This document shows, one piece after another, positions 17,755 through 27,542 of a stretch of 41,263 nt of DNA. A program made the position numbers and the translations under genes. The DNA lies in contig CAYQOZ010000003.1 in the NCBI GenBank assembly GCA_964419355.1, forward strand, positions 1 through 41,263, in the 5' to 3' direction. The DNA is from an uncultured Candidatus Cloacimonadota bacterium (lineage in GTDB: Bacteria > Cloacimonadota > Cloacimonadia > Cloacimonadales > TCS61). The notes beneath the pieces were generated by a model. It had not been told where the DNA came from. It saw nothing but the letters and a program-made list of their open reading frames with translations, and ran no database searches. How positions within the stretch are numbered: the stretch's first letter is position 1; every line of letters starts with the position of its first letter.

Positions 17755-20700
17755 TCAAACTTTTACTTCCAAAAACTTTGTTTTTACACAATAATTATCA
17801 TATATAGTTACGAATAAATTCTCAATAATAGTTTTATATTGGTCAAGTTGCTCTTGTTCATAATTACTTCCAGTTTTGTAATCCAAGATTAGAATTTTCC
17901 TATTTTTTGTATCTATCATCAATCTATCTATTCGATATTCTTTACCAAATTCATCAAATATAGAATGTTCATTAAACACTCTATCCCACACCTTTTCATC
18001 AAAATATGAACTGTTATTATCAATGCAATGATTAACTTCGAAAATAATCTTTCTTATTTTTTTGATGTTCATCAAACCACCATATTTAGCGATGGTTTTT
18101 TCAAAAGCAGAATCTAATATTTTAGTTTGAAAATACTTTATGTGAGAAAGATATTCGTGCACGATATTACCAATCAAGATACTTTGATTTTCCAAAAATT
18201 CTTTCTTCACTTGTTCAATTTTTGGGGATTCAACCAGCTTTGCATCAAATTTACTAAATATTTTGAATGCTTTATTCATCGAATATTTTGCTTTATTTTT
18301 TTTGCCCAATTTTACTTTCTCTTTTGAGATTTTGCCATATTCTAATTTATGACTAACAACGGATAGTTCCTGCAGGTCATCAGCAAATTCATGACAGATA
18401 ATTTTTGCGATATTTTTCATCACGGAAGATTGCTGATTGATGTCTTCAATTAATTTTTTCAACTCACCCTTTTTGCTGTAATGCAGATAAATAAATAAAT
18501 TATTTTGTGCTCTGGTTAGTGCTACATAAAGGTTGTTCAGCTCATCACCTTGATCTCGTTTTATCACAGAATCAATCAATAATTGTTTTTGAGATTTCTT
18601 TAAAATTTTATCATAATTGAAAGTGAAAGCATAATCTTTTAATTGTGCAAAATTATCCGCAAAATCATAATACATTTTTAGTCCAGTTTGATTTCCACCT
18701 TGTTTTCCTGTAACATCAAAAATTGTAAAAACAGTTTCGAATTGCAAACCTTTTGCTTTATGGATTGTGAGAAGTTTGAGCGAATTATTGACAGTTTGTC
18801 CAATTTCTGAATATTCATCTTTTTTTGTTATGGCTCGACAATATTTTAAAAACCCTGAATTATCAATCGTATATTCGTTGTTTGAATGTTCAAATTTAGT
18901 AGCAATTTCCAAGAAGCGCAATAGATTTTTTAATTCTATTTCGCTGGGAAAAATTTGAGTGAAACCAAATTCCTCAATAATCATTTTAAGCGTATTTTGC
19001 AAAGTATTTTCACTTTTTTTTATCTTCAGAATAGAAGCAAAAATATCATTTTTGGAATTTTTTAGAAAATCATCAATATTTTCTGAATTGTTATAGTTAT
19101 CCAAAATTTTATCAAGCTCGTCTGGATGCATCAAAACAAGATCGGAACGCAAAAATTTGACCAATTCAACAACATCTTCATAAACTATGAAATTCAGCAG
19201 AAAAATAATTGGTTTTATCGCTCGATATTCAAATAACGAACCCGAAGTTTCCAGCGTGTATTCGATATTTTGCTCATCTAAAATTTTTGCCATTAATTTT
19301 AATTCTTTATTTTTGCGCATCAAAATTGCAGTATTAGCTGGACTGATAATATTTTTAATGATTTGTTTTTGAAGAATATTCTGCACGAATTCTTTGTATA
19401 TTTGAGCATTAGATTTTTTATCCTGAACACCGTCAATTTGTGCATTATTTTGCAAGTTAACCTGCACAAATCCACCTTTAGAAAAATTGCTATTGATTTT
19501 ATCATATTGCCAATTTTGAATGAGCTTTAAATAATTGGAGCAGAATAACTTATTTAGCCAATTCATCATCACCGGTTTGCTACGGTAAGAAGTAGAAAGA
19601 GGCGGCACGGATTTTATCTCAGAATTTATGATTTGGTCAAATTTGGTCAGTAATCTGCTTTCTCCACCACGCCAGCCGTAAATTGCTTGTTTTTCGTCGC
19701 CGACCACAATGATATTTCCATAATTTTTTTGTCCGAAACCGCTGATAATTTCCTTCAACATCGGTTCGAAAATTTTCCACTGCAAAATGCTGGTATCCTG
19801 AAATTCATCGATGAGAACAAAACGAGTATTGTAAGAAAGTTGTTCATAAAAAATGTTCAAAACATTGTCGTTATCAATTATAGAAAGTTTGGGGTCGTAT
19901 AAAAAACGGAAAGTGTAATAACTGATATCGGAATGGGTAAAAATCTTGTCGCGGAATTTTATTTCATCGTAAATATGCAAAATTTCTCCAGCCATAGAAA
20001 TGATATTAAATTGTTCTATCAGTGCTTTATTGAAATACAGAAAATTTGCCAGAAAGTTTCGAACTTCTGCATATAATTCTTTCAGATCTTTATTTGTGAG
20101 TCTTTTTCCATTCCAAAAGTTTTTGTCATCTAAAAGTCTCTTGAAATATTTATTTATAAATTCTGAATTGGTGAAAATATTCAAAAATGTCTGCGAAATA
20201 TCACGAACTTCAAGTTTTTCAAAATCAAGGTAGGAACTCAATATCCCCTTAAAATCTTTTTGTAACAATAACGAAACGGAGACATTCTTTTTAATCATTT
20301 CTGTTTGCAGAACTTCAAAAAATATTTGAAGCGAATTTTTATATTTTGCAAAAGCTATTTTTTTTTTGGAATCGATATTTAAATTTTCCATTTTTGAAAA
20401 ATTGATGAATTCAAAAAGCCAGCGATTTTCAATAATATCGGTGATAAATTTCTCAAATTGCTCTAAATTACGTCCTTTTGCCTGCAAAAAGATATCTGCA
20501 AATATTTTCAGTTTTTTGTCTTGCAGAATGTGTTCATAAATTTCAGGCAATATTTCTGAATTGATATTGTTATCAATTTTGAAATCGAGAATATTTTTAT
20601 ATGGTGCAATAATTCCGCTGAAAATGGTATTCACAAAGGAATCTATCGTGTTGATATGAACCGAAGTTTTATCGCTCAACATCTTTTGATGAACGTCCCT

Positions 20701-20976
20701 TAAGAAGGCAATCTCTTTTGAATTAAATTGTACTTTAGAATTAATTTTTTCTTGAAAGCTACGCTTTATTTTTCTACCTTCATCCGTGTTCTGGACAATT
20801 TCCGCAAGTTGCTCAAATATTCTTTCACGAATTTCTGCAGTTGCTTTTTTGGTGAATGTAATCACCAATATTTCATCAAAATTAATTCTATATTTTAAGA
20901 GCAGATTGATAAATTCCAAAGAAAGGCGATAAGTTTTTCCGGTGCCAGCACTGGCACGTATCATGATTGGTTTCAT
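17755..20976 (-). CDS. UvrD-like helicase-nuclease, AddA/RecB-like
   Basis: ASAGTGKT, TFTKKA, IDEFQDTS, VGDEKQAIYGWRGG, TIHKAKGLQF, YVALTRA. Nuclease motif RIDRL...LDYKTG. Confidence 0.92.
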   Translation of the reverse strand: MKPIMIRASAGTGKTYRLSLEFINLLLKYRINFDEILVITFTKKATAEIRERIFEQLAEIVQNTDEGRKIKRSFQEKINSKVQFNSKEIAFLRDVHQKMLSDKTSVHINTIDSFVNTIFSGIIAPYKNILDFKIDNNINSEILPEIYEHILQDKKLKIFADIFLQAKGRNLEQFEKFITDIIENRWLFEFINFSKMENLNIDSKKKIAFAKYKNSLQIFFEVLQTEMIKKNVSVSLLLQKDFKGILSSYLDFEKLEVRDISQTFLNIFTNSEFINKYFKRLLDDKNFWNGKRLTNKDLKELYAEVRNFLANFLYFNKALIEQFNIISMAGEILHIYDEIKFRDKIFTHSDISYYTFRFLYDPKLSIIDNDNVLNIFYEQLSYNTRFVLIDEFQDTSILQWKIFEPMLKEIISGFGQKNYGNIIVVGDEKQAIYGWRGGESRLLTKFDQIINSEIKSVPPLSTSYRSKPVMMNWLNKLFCSNYLKLIQNWQYDKINSNFSKGGFVQVNLQNNAQIDGVQDKKSNAQIYKEFVQNILQKQIIKNIISPANTAILMRKNKELKLMAKILDEQNIEYTLETSGSLFEYRAIKPIIFLLNFIVYEDVVELVKFLRSDLVLMHPDELDKILDNYNNSENIDDFLKNSKNDIFASILKIKKSENTLQNTLKMIIEEFGFTQIFPSEIELKNLLRFLEIATKFEHSNNEYTIDNSGFLKYCRAITKKDEYSEIGQTVNNSLKLLTIHKAKGLQFETVFTIFDVTGKQGGNQTGLKMYYDFADNFAQLKDYAFTFNYDKILKKSQKQLLIDSVIKRDQGDELNNLYVALTRAQNNLFIYLHYSKKGELKKLIEDINQQSSVMKNIAKIICHEFADDLQELSVVSHKLEYGKISKEKVKLGKKNKAKYSMNKAFKIFSKFDAKLVESPKIEQVKKEFLENQSILIGNIVHEYLSHIKYFQTKILDSAFEKTIAKYGGLMNIKKIRKIIFEVNHCIDNNSSYFDEKVWDRVFNEHSIFDEFGKEYRIDRLMIDTKNRKILILDYKTGSNYEQEQLDQYKTIIENLFVTIYDNYCVKTKFLEVKV

Positions 20977-23660
20977 ATTGAAGTCTTTATTTTACTAAAT
21001 AAATCACGACGGGTTATTTCGACTTCCTCGTAAGCATCTTTCTTCTCTGAAATATGGAAATCAGTTTCAATAATCTTCTGTATTGTCTTTGTGATTTCTT
21101 CTTTCAGATTAATTTTTTTAGAAATGCTTCTTAAATCTTTTTGTTCGACAAAAAATAGAAATGAATTAAGCTCGTTACTCGTTGTCGGTGAATCGATTAG
21201 GTAGCAAATTGATTCATAAAATTGCAATTGTTGACTATATTTTTTTAATTTTAAAAAATTCAATTTTCCAGTTTTAAAATCGAAAATATACTTATTATTT
21301 ATATGATGAATACGCAAATCTGGACGACCACAAAAAAAGATATCCAAATCATTAATGGAAAAATATCTTTTCCTCATCGTTTTATCTGTCTCAGGAAAAA
21401 GTGTAATCGTTTTATTGGATAATTTCAGATTATTATGCAGGCGATAAAAAAAGTTTTCGATTCCTTCTTTCAAAATAAAAAGAAAGATATTTTCAAAATA
21501 TTTATTAGAAAAATTGTGCGGAGAAATGTACTTAAAATTGCGATTATTTTGGAGATGATCTCGCACCGCTTTGTCAATATCTTGCTTCGAATTATGAATA
21601 AAATTGTGCTTTACTTTGTTTGACTGATGAATCTCTATAATTCGCTCTATGATTGCGTTGATAACATTATGGGCGATGGAACCAATCAATTTGTTACTAA
21701 AATCGTTATCAATTTCAGGGCTTCTTGATTTCAGTTTTTTTGCATATTCCAGATAATATTCAAAAGGATTATTTTTCAGCTTTTCCCATTTATAAAAACT
21801 CAGATTCAATTTATTTTCAGGAAAAGCATTATATTTGAATCTAAAAAAATCGTCTTCAATTTTCCTGTTTTTGGGAAGTTGTTTCTCTTCAATCAATTCG
21901 CGAAAAATATTTTGTTGCAGAAAATCAAAATTATCATTTTCAATTTCTTCCACTAAACCTACGATTTTTAACTCTTCCAAAAATGAACTAATCTCAATAT
22001 TTTCCTGCAGATTTTTCATCGTAAAAACCGAAATCTGTCTGCTACAAGCAAGTAGACGATAAAAATAATATTTATCTCGCAAAGTTATATCTTCGTAAGT
22101 TTTCAAACCCAATTGCTTTCTCTGATTTTCACTCAGCAAAAATTGAGCGTGCTTTTTATCTGGCAAAATCCCTTCCACCACATTCAAAATGGAAATATTT
22201 TCAAAACGCAAATTGCGAGTATCTTGAAGTGTTGTGATGGAAAATTGGTTTTTTTGATAATCGAGATTGTATTTTATCTCTTTTGCTTTGAGGTAGTCAA
22301 GCCACAATTTCAGCAAATTAGCGTGGCTATTTTTCGGAAAAATAACTTTCCAATCGGGAACAAGAGCAATATCTTCTAGCGAGGAAAAATCTGCCAAAGC
22401 GGTGAAAAATACCTCCACCACATTGGTTTTATCTTTATCAGAAGCGAGCAAAAAATCGTAATCAATATCATTTTTTAAAAGTGTAAGAAGTTTTTTTAAT
22501 TCATTTATTTGCAGAAAATTTTGTAAAAAATTAAAAATTATCTCAAAATCTTGTTTGAATTCTGAATTATCAAAACAATCAAAATCAACAAATTTGAAAT
22601 CGCGATCGATTAGATTAAAAAGAGAAGCTCTGAGTTTTTCGCGTTTTCCAGTCTCCTTTACAAAATATTGCAAAAATTCATCGTTTGAAAAAGCATCTAT
22701 CAAAGATTGCAAAGAAAATAAAAATGGTTTTTTGTTAACAGAATTTATGATATTAAAGATAGATTGAAAAAAGCGAAAAACTCTGGTTGTGGAAAAATTT
22801 GTTTTAGTTGGAATGGCAAATTTGTGTTTGGAAAGCAGGTTTGTGTAAGGTTGCTTTCTAAATTGAAAATCGATAATCGTCTCATTTTGATTCAAATTAG
22901 AGATGAGCTGAGTAATCATTTGCATCGGTTCGGCTGAGGTGTATAATTTCATTTTATTTTGACAAAATTTTGTAATATGTTTTGCATTGAAATCTGTGAT
23001 TGTGAGGGTTTCTTCATTAAAATATTCTGGTGGTATTTGAGATAGAATAATTACTTTTTTGTTGGAATTTTTCAGCAACTTTTTTTCGAAATTGGTAAAA
23101 TAGAATTGGTTTACAACAACAATTTTCTTGATATCGTTTGAAAAAACGAGTGAATTTCGAATAAAAAGCTGGTCAATAAAATTCGTATTTTCCAAATATT
23201 TTTGATAGTCATTTTTGATTTTGGTTAAAAAATCAAATGTAGTTAATTGCCAATCGCCAGCAGTTTGTTTTTGAAAAAGCACATCTTTAATATCTTTTTC
23301 AGCAACTAATTCTTCGGTCATCTCTTTCCAAAATTTGAAAAAATTCTGGGCAAATGTAATCGATTGACTGTAATTTCCAATTTTGAAATATTTTTTTGCA
23401 TCTTCAGGTAAAGATTGATAGAAAGCGAGAGTGCGTTTTTCCTCTCTCAATATCGGTTTATTGGAAATAAATAAAGATTCTTTCCATTCGTCCATCGTCA
23501 GAAATTTATGCTCAGAAAAATCCCATTTTTCTTGATATAATTTTTGTGCTTCATACTTGCTTTTGCGAGTAGGGAAAAGCAGGAGAGTTGATGTATTCTC
23601 AATTTCAGCCAAAGCAACTTGCAAAATATTTTGATGGAGCAATATGTTTTTTATTTTCAT
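20973..23660 (-). CDS. AddB-like PD-(D/E)XK nuclease partner
   Basis: ATGA overlap with the helicase. Degenerate helicase region, GSIAH, GRPDL, DFKTG, QLQFY. Confidence 0.8.
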   Translation of the reverse strand: MKIKNILLHQNILQVALAEIENTSTLLLFPTRKSKYEAQKLYQEKWDFSEHKFLTMDEWKESLFISNKPILREEKRTLAFYQSLPEDAKKYFKIGNYSQSITFAQNFFKFWKEMTEELVAEKDIKDVLFQKQTAGDWQLTTFDFLTKIKNDYQKYLENTNFIDQLFIRNSLVFSNDIKKIVVVNQFYFTNFEKKLLKNSNKKVIILSQIPPEYFNEETLTITDFNAKHITKFCQNKMKLYTSAEPMQMITQLISNLNQNETIIDFQFRKQPYTNLLSKHKFAIPTKTNFSTTRVFRFFQSIFNIINSVNKKPFLFSLQSLIDAFSNDEFLQYFVKETGKREKLRASLFNLIDRDFKFVDFDCFDNSEFKQDFEIIFNFLQNFLQINELKKLLTLLKNDIDYDFLLASDKDKTNVVEVFFTALADFSSLEDIALVPDWKVIFPKNSHANLLKLWLDYLKAKEIKYNLDYQKNQFSITTLQDTRNLRFENISILNVVEGILPDKKHAQFLLSENQRKQLGLKTYEDITLRDKYYFYRLLACSRQISVFTMKNLQENIEISSFLEELKIVGLVEEIENDNFDFLQQNIFRELIEEKQLPKNRKIEDDFFRFKYNAFPENKLNLSFYKWEKLKNNPFEYYLEYAKKLKSRSPEIDNDFSNKLIGSIAHNVINAIIERIIEIHQSNKVKHNFIHNSKQDIDKAVRDHLQNNRNFKYISPHNFSNKYFENIFLFILKEGIENFFYRLHNNLKLSNKTITLFPETDKTMRKRYFSINDLDIFFCGRPDLRIHHINNKYIFDFKTGKLNFLKLKKYSQQLQFYESICYLIDSPTTSNELNSFLFFVEQKDLRSISKKINLKEEITKTIQKIIETDFHISEKKDAYEEVEITRRDLFSKIKTSI

Positions 23661-23683
23661 AAAATTTTAAGAGATACTGTTTT

Positions 23684-25120
23684 TTATTTTTTTCCAAACA
23701 AACTAAAAATTGGAACCAAAGCAAGTGATACAATCATTCCTACACTGCCAGCTTGCGGTACCATTTTGGAACCCCACAAAATAAACAAGATTAGACAAAC
23801 TGCTAAACCACCAATAGAACCTGCAATTGCCCCAAACAGGTTAACCTTTTTATTGAAAAGTCCCCAAATGAATGGACCCAAAAATACTGAAGCAATCGCT
23901 CCCCACGAAATGGAAAGTATCGTTACAATAACAGCCGGTTTTAGAAATGCTAACAGCATCGATAAAATTATGAAAAATGCACTTCCAATTCTAACGGTTA
24001 TGGTTAAAGTTCTATCGGAAGCGTCTTTTTTGACGTAACCTTTGAAAATATCTTTCGTGATAGAGGAAGAGGAAATTAGGACTAAAGCCGCCAAAGTCGA
24101 CATCGAAGCAGAAAGTATCAACAGCAAAATTACTATTGTGAGGGCAGGCGGAATTACTGTAACCAATATTTCGGGCATAAAAGAATCAAAGTTAAGTTTA
24201 CCAGATTCCAAAATAAATTTTGTTGGATTAGATTGAGGACTAATGAAAATTCTTGTTAAAGCACCAGTAAAATAGGCAATTCCTGTAACCAAAAGTGCAA
24301 AAATTGTTGATGCAAACATTCCAATTTTTATCGATTTAGCATCTTTGATAGCGTAAAATTTTTGAACCAATTGTGGCATTGCAAAAGGTGCTATTGAAGT
24401 TAGGAATACGAGCGAGAGAAGTGGTATGATTCCAGGTGGTCCCACAAATTCCGTCAGTTCTGGTTTTATTGCTCTTAGGTCTGAGATAATTTTACCGATT
24501 CCACCGCCTTCTTTCAGTCCAAAAATCAGCAAAATTATTACTCCAATCACCATAATCACACCGAAAATTACATCAATCATTGCCATAGATTTGTAACCAC
24601 CCAAAATTAAGTAAATTCCGGTAAACACTCCCATAAAAATCAGCACATAAGTGTATGGCATATTAAAAGTTATCTCGAAAAGGTAGCTGAGTCCCATAAA
24701 AACTGCGGCTGTGTAGGGAATGAAGAATATGAAAATAGCAATTGACGTAAATATTTTTAGAAAAGAACTTTTATAGCGAGCTTCCAGAAATTCAGGCATG
24801 GTTTGAACTTTGTATTTTATTGTCTCTTCTTTGATTTTGTTTCCGAGTAAAAACCAAACACCCAAAACGCCTACAAGTGTGTTTCCAAGTGCAATCCAAA
24901 GTCCAGATAACCCAAAAGCCCAACCAATCTTACCAGCAAAACCGATAAATAGTACTGCAGAAAAATAAGCCGTTCCATAGGAAAATGCCGTCATCCAAGG
25001 TCCTATCTTACCACCACCAACCGCAAAATCGGCAAATGATTTTGTTTTACTCGAACCCTTAATACCAATAAAAATTACCATTACAGCATATAAAAAAATA
25101 GCTAAATATCTAGCGAACAT
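23684..25120 (-). CDS. Sodium:solute symporter (SSS family)
   Basis: About 13 TMs. DF.VGG..IGPW, TMPEFLEARY, MPQLVQKFY, SASMST. Confidence 0.92.
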   Translation of the reverse strand: MFARYLAIFLYAVMVIFIGIKGSSKTKSFADFAVGGGKIGPWMTAFSYGTAYFSAVLFIGFAGKIGWAFGLSGLWIALGNTLVGVLGVWFLLGNKIKEETIKYKVQTMPEFLEARYKSSFLKIFTSIAIFIFFIPYTAAVFMGLSYLFEITFNMPYTYVLIFMGVFTGIYLILGGYKSMAMIDVIFGVIMVIGVIILLIFGLKEGGGIGKIISDLRAIKPELTEFVGPPGIIPLLSLVFLTSIAPFAMPQLVQKFYAIKDAKSIKIGMFASTIFALLVTGIAYFTGALTRIFISPQSNPTKFILESGKLNFDSFMPEILVTVIPPALTIVILLLILSASMSTLAALVLISSSSITKDIFKGYVKKDASDRTLTITVRIGSAFFIILSMLLAFLKPAVIVTILSISWGAIASVFLGPFIWGLFNKKVNLFGAIAGSIGGLAVCLILFILWGSKMVPQAGSVGMIVSLALVPIFSLFGKK

Positions 25121-25142
25121 ATTTTCTCCTAATTAATTATTC

Positions 25143-26129
25143 CTAACCCGATATTGAATTCAGAGTATCCATCATTTCTTTTTTTATATCTTTCACATCT
25201 TCAAAAATGATGCGAGTGATGCAGGAAATAAGAGGAATGGAAAGATTGAATTTGGCAAGTTTATTGATTGTTTTGGCCATAGAAACGCCTTCTACTACCA
25301 TTCCAACTTTTACCAAAGACTTTTCTCTGGAATATCCTTGTCCCAAAAGTTTCCCAAATTTTCTATTGCGGCTATTTTCGGAAATACAGGTTGTGATGAG
25401 GTCGCCAACACCGGCAATACTGTAAGCAGTTTTGTGATAGACACCTAAAAATTTCATAATTGTTACAAATTCATCGACCCCGTAAGTCATAATTATTCCA
25501 AAAATATTTGTTTTAAATCCAAGCCCGTCAGCAATTCCAACCGCGATTGCGATAAGTCCTTTCAAAGCGGAAGCAAGTTCCACACCTTTGATATCTCGGC
25601 TGAATTCAAACTTCAATAAATCGTTTTCTAATTTTTGTTGAAGTTGGAAAAGAAGAGCAATATCCCGCGCTGCTAAGATTGCTTTTGCCGGAATTCCTTC
25701 TGCAATTTCTCGAGCAATTGTAGGACCGGAAAGATTAGCAAATTTTACTTCTGGTAATTTTGCCATAACTGTTTCCCACACGGTTTTTAGAGTTGAATGT
25801 TCAACTCCTTTCGAGGCGTTCACGATAATAAATTTTGTTGTTTCATGTGCAATAAATTCATCAGTAAGACCTTCAATAAAACGGGAAGGAATGGCGGTGA
25901 TAACAATGTCATTTTTCTCTATTTTGCGGGAAAATTTTTCTTCAACGATTATGTTTTTCGGTAATTTTATATTTGGCAAAAATTTAGATTCTCGAGTTTT
26001 GTTTATCTCTTGTGATTCCTGTTCATTTATCGTCCAAAGATATACTCTATTTTCTTTGGAAAATATCATTGCTAAAGTAGTTCCCCAATTTCCAGAACCG
26101 ATTACAATTATTTTTCCTAATTCGTTCAT
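25143..26129 (-). CDS. gpsA: NAD(P)H-dependent glycerol-3-phosphate dehydrogenase
   Basis: GSGNWGT, ASKG, LSGPT.A.E, GVEL..ALK, GDLITTC, SRN, VEG. Confidence 0.85.
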   Translation of the reverse strand: MNELGKIIVIGSGNWGTTLAMIFSKENRVYLWTINEQESQEINKTRESKFLPNIKLPKNIIVEEKFSRKIEKNDIVITAIPSRFIEGLTDEFIAHETTKFIIVNASKGVEHSTLKTVWETVMAKLPEVKFANLSGPTIAREIAEGIPAKAILAARDIALLFQLQQKLENDLLKFEFSRDIKGVELASALKGLIAIAVGIADGLGFKTNIFGIIMTYGVDEFVTIMKFLGVYHKTAYSIAGVGDLITTCISENSRNRKFGKLLGQGYSREKSLVKVGMVVEGVSMAKTINKLAKFNLSIPLISCITRIIFEDVKDIKKEMMDTLNSISG

Positions 26130-26153
26130 ATTTTCTCCCTTTTAAAAATAAGA

Positions 26154-26230
26154 TGGTGGGTGATACAGGATTCGAACCTGTGACCTCTACGATGTCAACG
26201 TAGCACTCTAACCAACTGAGCTAATCACCC
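26154..26230 (-). tRNA. tRNA-Val (GAC)
   Basis: Reverse complement GGGTGATTAGCTCAGTTGGTTAGAGTGCTACGTTGACATCGTAGAGGTCACAGGTTCGAATCCTGTATCACCCACCA. Anticodon GAC, encoded CCA. Confidence 0.97.
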
Positions 26231-26240
26231 GTTAAAAATT

Positions 26241-27260
26241 TTATTCAAACATTTGTAATTGCCCTTGATTTGGCTTTATCTTAAAATGTTTATATGTTTT
26301 CAAGGTTGCCTTTCTACCTTGAGGTGTTCTGTCCAGAAATCCTTGTTGGATAAGATAGGGCTCATAAATTTCTTCTACTGTTCCGGCATCTTCTCCCAAA
26401 GCAACAGCAAGAGTTTTTATTCCAACAGGTCCGCCATTATAGTTTTCTATTATCAATTTTAGCAATCGTTTATCCATATCATCTAATCCAGCAAAATCGA
26501 CATTTAACATTTTGAGTGCTTTGATTGCAATTTCCTGCGTGATAATTCCATTTCCTTTTATTTGAGCGTAATCCCGAACACGCCGTAAAAGGCGGTTTGC
26601 TACACGTGGGGTTCCACGACTTCGTCTTGCAATCTCTTTTGTGCCATCTTGTTTTAATGGAATATCAAGCAGTTTAGCAGACCGTTCGATAATGGATTCA
26701 ATGCTTTTTAAATCATAATAATCGAGCCGTAAAACTAAACCAAATCTAGCTCGAAGTGGAGATGTGAGTAAGCCAGCACGAGTGGTAGCTCCGATGAGTG
26801 TGAATGGTTCAACATCAATAGAAAGCGAGCGTGCAGATGGACCGCTATCTATGATTATTTCCATTTTAAAATCTTCGATTGCTGGATACATATATTCTTC
26901 CACAATGTGATTTAATCTGTGAATTTCATCGATGAAAAAGACATCATTTCTTTGCAGATTTGTTAATATTCCTGCCAAATCGGGAGCTTTTTCTAAAACT
27001 GGACCAGCACTCACTTTAATCTCGACATCCAGCTCGTTGGCAATTATGTAAGCCAAAGTAGTTTTCCCCAAGCCGGGTGGACCATAAAGTAGAATGTGAT
27101 CGAGTGGCTCTTTTCGCAACTTTGTAGCTTGAATGGAAATATCCAATATCTCTTTGATACTTTCTTGTCCAACAAACTCTTTTAATGTTTTTGGACGCAA
27201 ACTGCGATCAAAATCTTTTTCTTCCGCTATTTCGGAAGGATTTGTAATTCTTTCTAACAT
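26241..27260 (-). CDS. ruvB: Holliday junction branch migration helicase RuvB
   Basis: SLRP, GPPGLGKTT, FIDEIHR, GATTRAG, SRGTPR.ANRLLRRVRD, EPYLIQ.G...RTPQGR. Confidence 0.97.
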   Translation of the reverse strand: MLERITNPSEIAEEKDFDRSLRPKTLKEFVGQESIKEILDISIQATKLRKEPLDHILLYGPPGLGKTTLAYIIANELDVEIKVSAGPVLEKAPDLAGILTNLQRNDVFFIDEIHRLNHIVEEYMYPAIEDFKMEIIIDSGPSARSLSIDVEPFTLIGATTRAGLLTSPLRARFGLVLRLDYYDLKSIESIIERSAKLLDIPLKQDGTKEIARRSRGTPRVANRLLRRVRDYAQIKGNGIITQEIAIKALKMLNVDFAGLDDMDKRLLKLIIENYNGGPVGIKTLAVALGEDAGTVEEIYEPYLIQQGFLDRTPQGRKATLKTYKHFKIKPNQGQLQMFE

Positions 27261-27458
27261 CTATTCCTCTTTTGTTTCAGTTTGTTTTTGAATGATTAAT
27301 CCAAGAAGATATACAACAATTCCAATTTCCAAAATTATGGATGAAGATAAATAATGTGCTCCGTAAGAATATCCAAAAAGTCCAATTACAAGTTTAATAA
27401 AGCCAGATACTAAAGTTAGCAAACCTATCAATTTAATGTAATCGTATGTTTGAGCCAA
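27261..27458 (-). CDS. Small two-TM hypothetical protein
   Basis: Two hydrophobic helices. Start moved to TTG 27458 because GGAGG lies upstream. The stop abuts the ruvB ATG. Confidence 0.6.
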   Translation of the reverse strand: MAQTYDYIKLIGLLTLVSGFIKLVIGLFGYSYGAHYLSSSIILEIGIVVYLLGLIIQKQTETKEE

Positions 27459-27542
27459 AGCAACCTCCCAATAAATAATTATGAATCCTTTTAGTTGAGG
27501 CATACAATTTCTTGCAAGCAATTTTTTAGATTCTTTTTCTTC

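Noticed and set aside
23619-24038. 139-aa plus-strand ORF and the many other short track ORFs (e.g. 31059..31685, 14689..15087, 37995..38363)
   Set aside because: Antisense or out-of-frame shadows of well-supported genes with no recognisable motifs.
26154-26230. tRNA-Val as an integration site
   Set aside because: Flanked tightly by ruvB and gpsA. No duplicated tRNA 3' end or integrase was noticed.
27488-27517. TTGCAA-N18-TAAAAG on the minus strand upstream of the ruvB operon
   Set aside because: The downstream hexamer fits the T-rich..G pattern poorly, so it was not counted among the motif sites.
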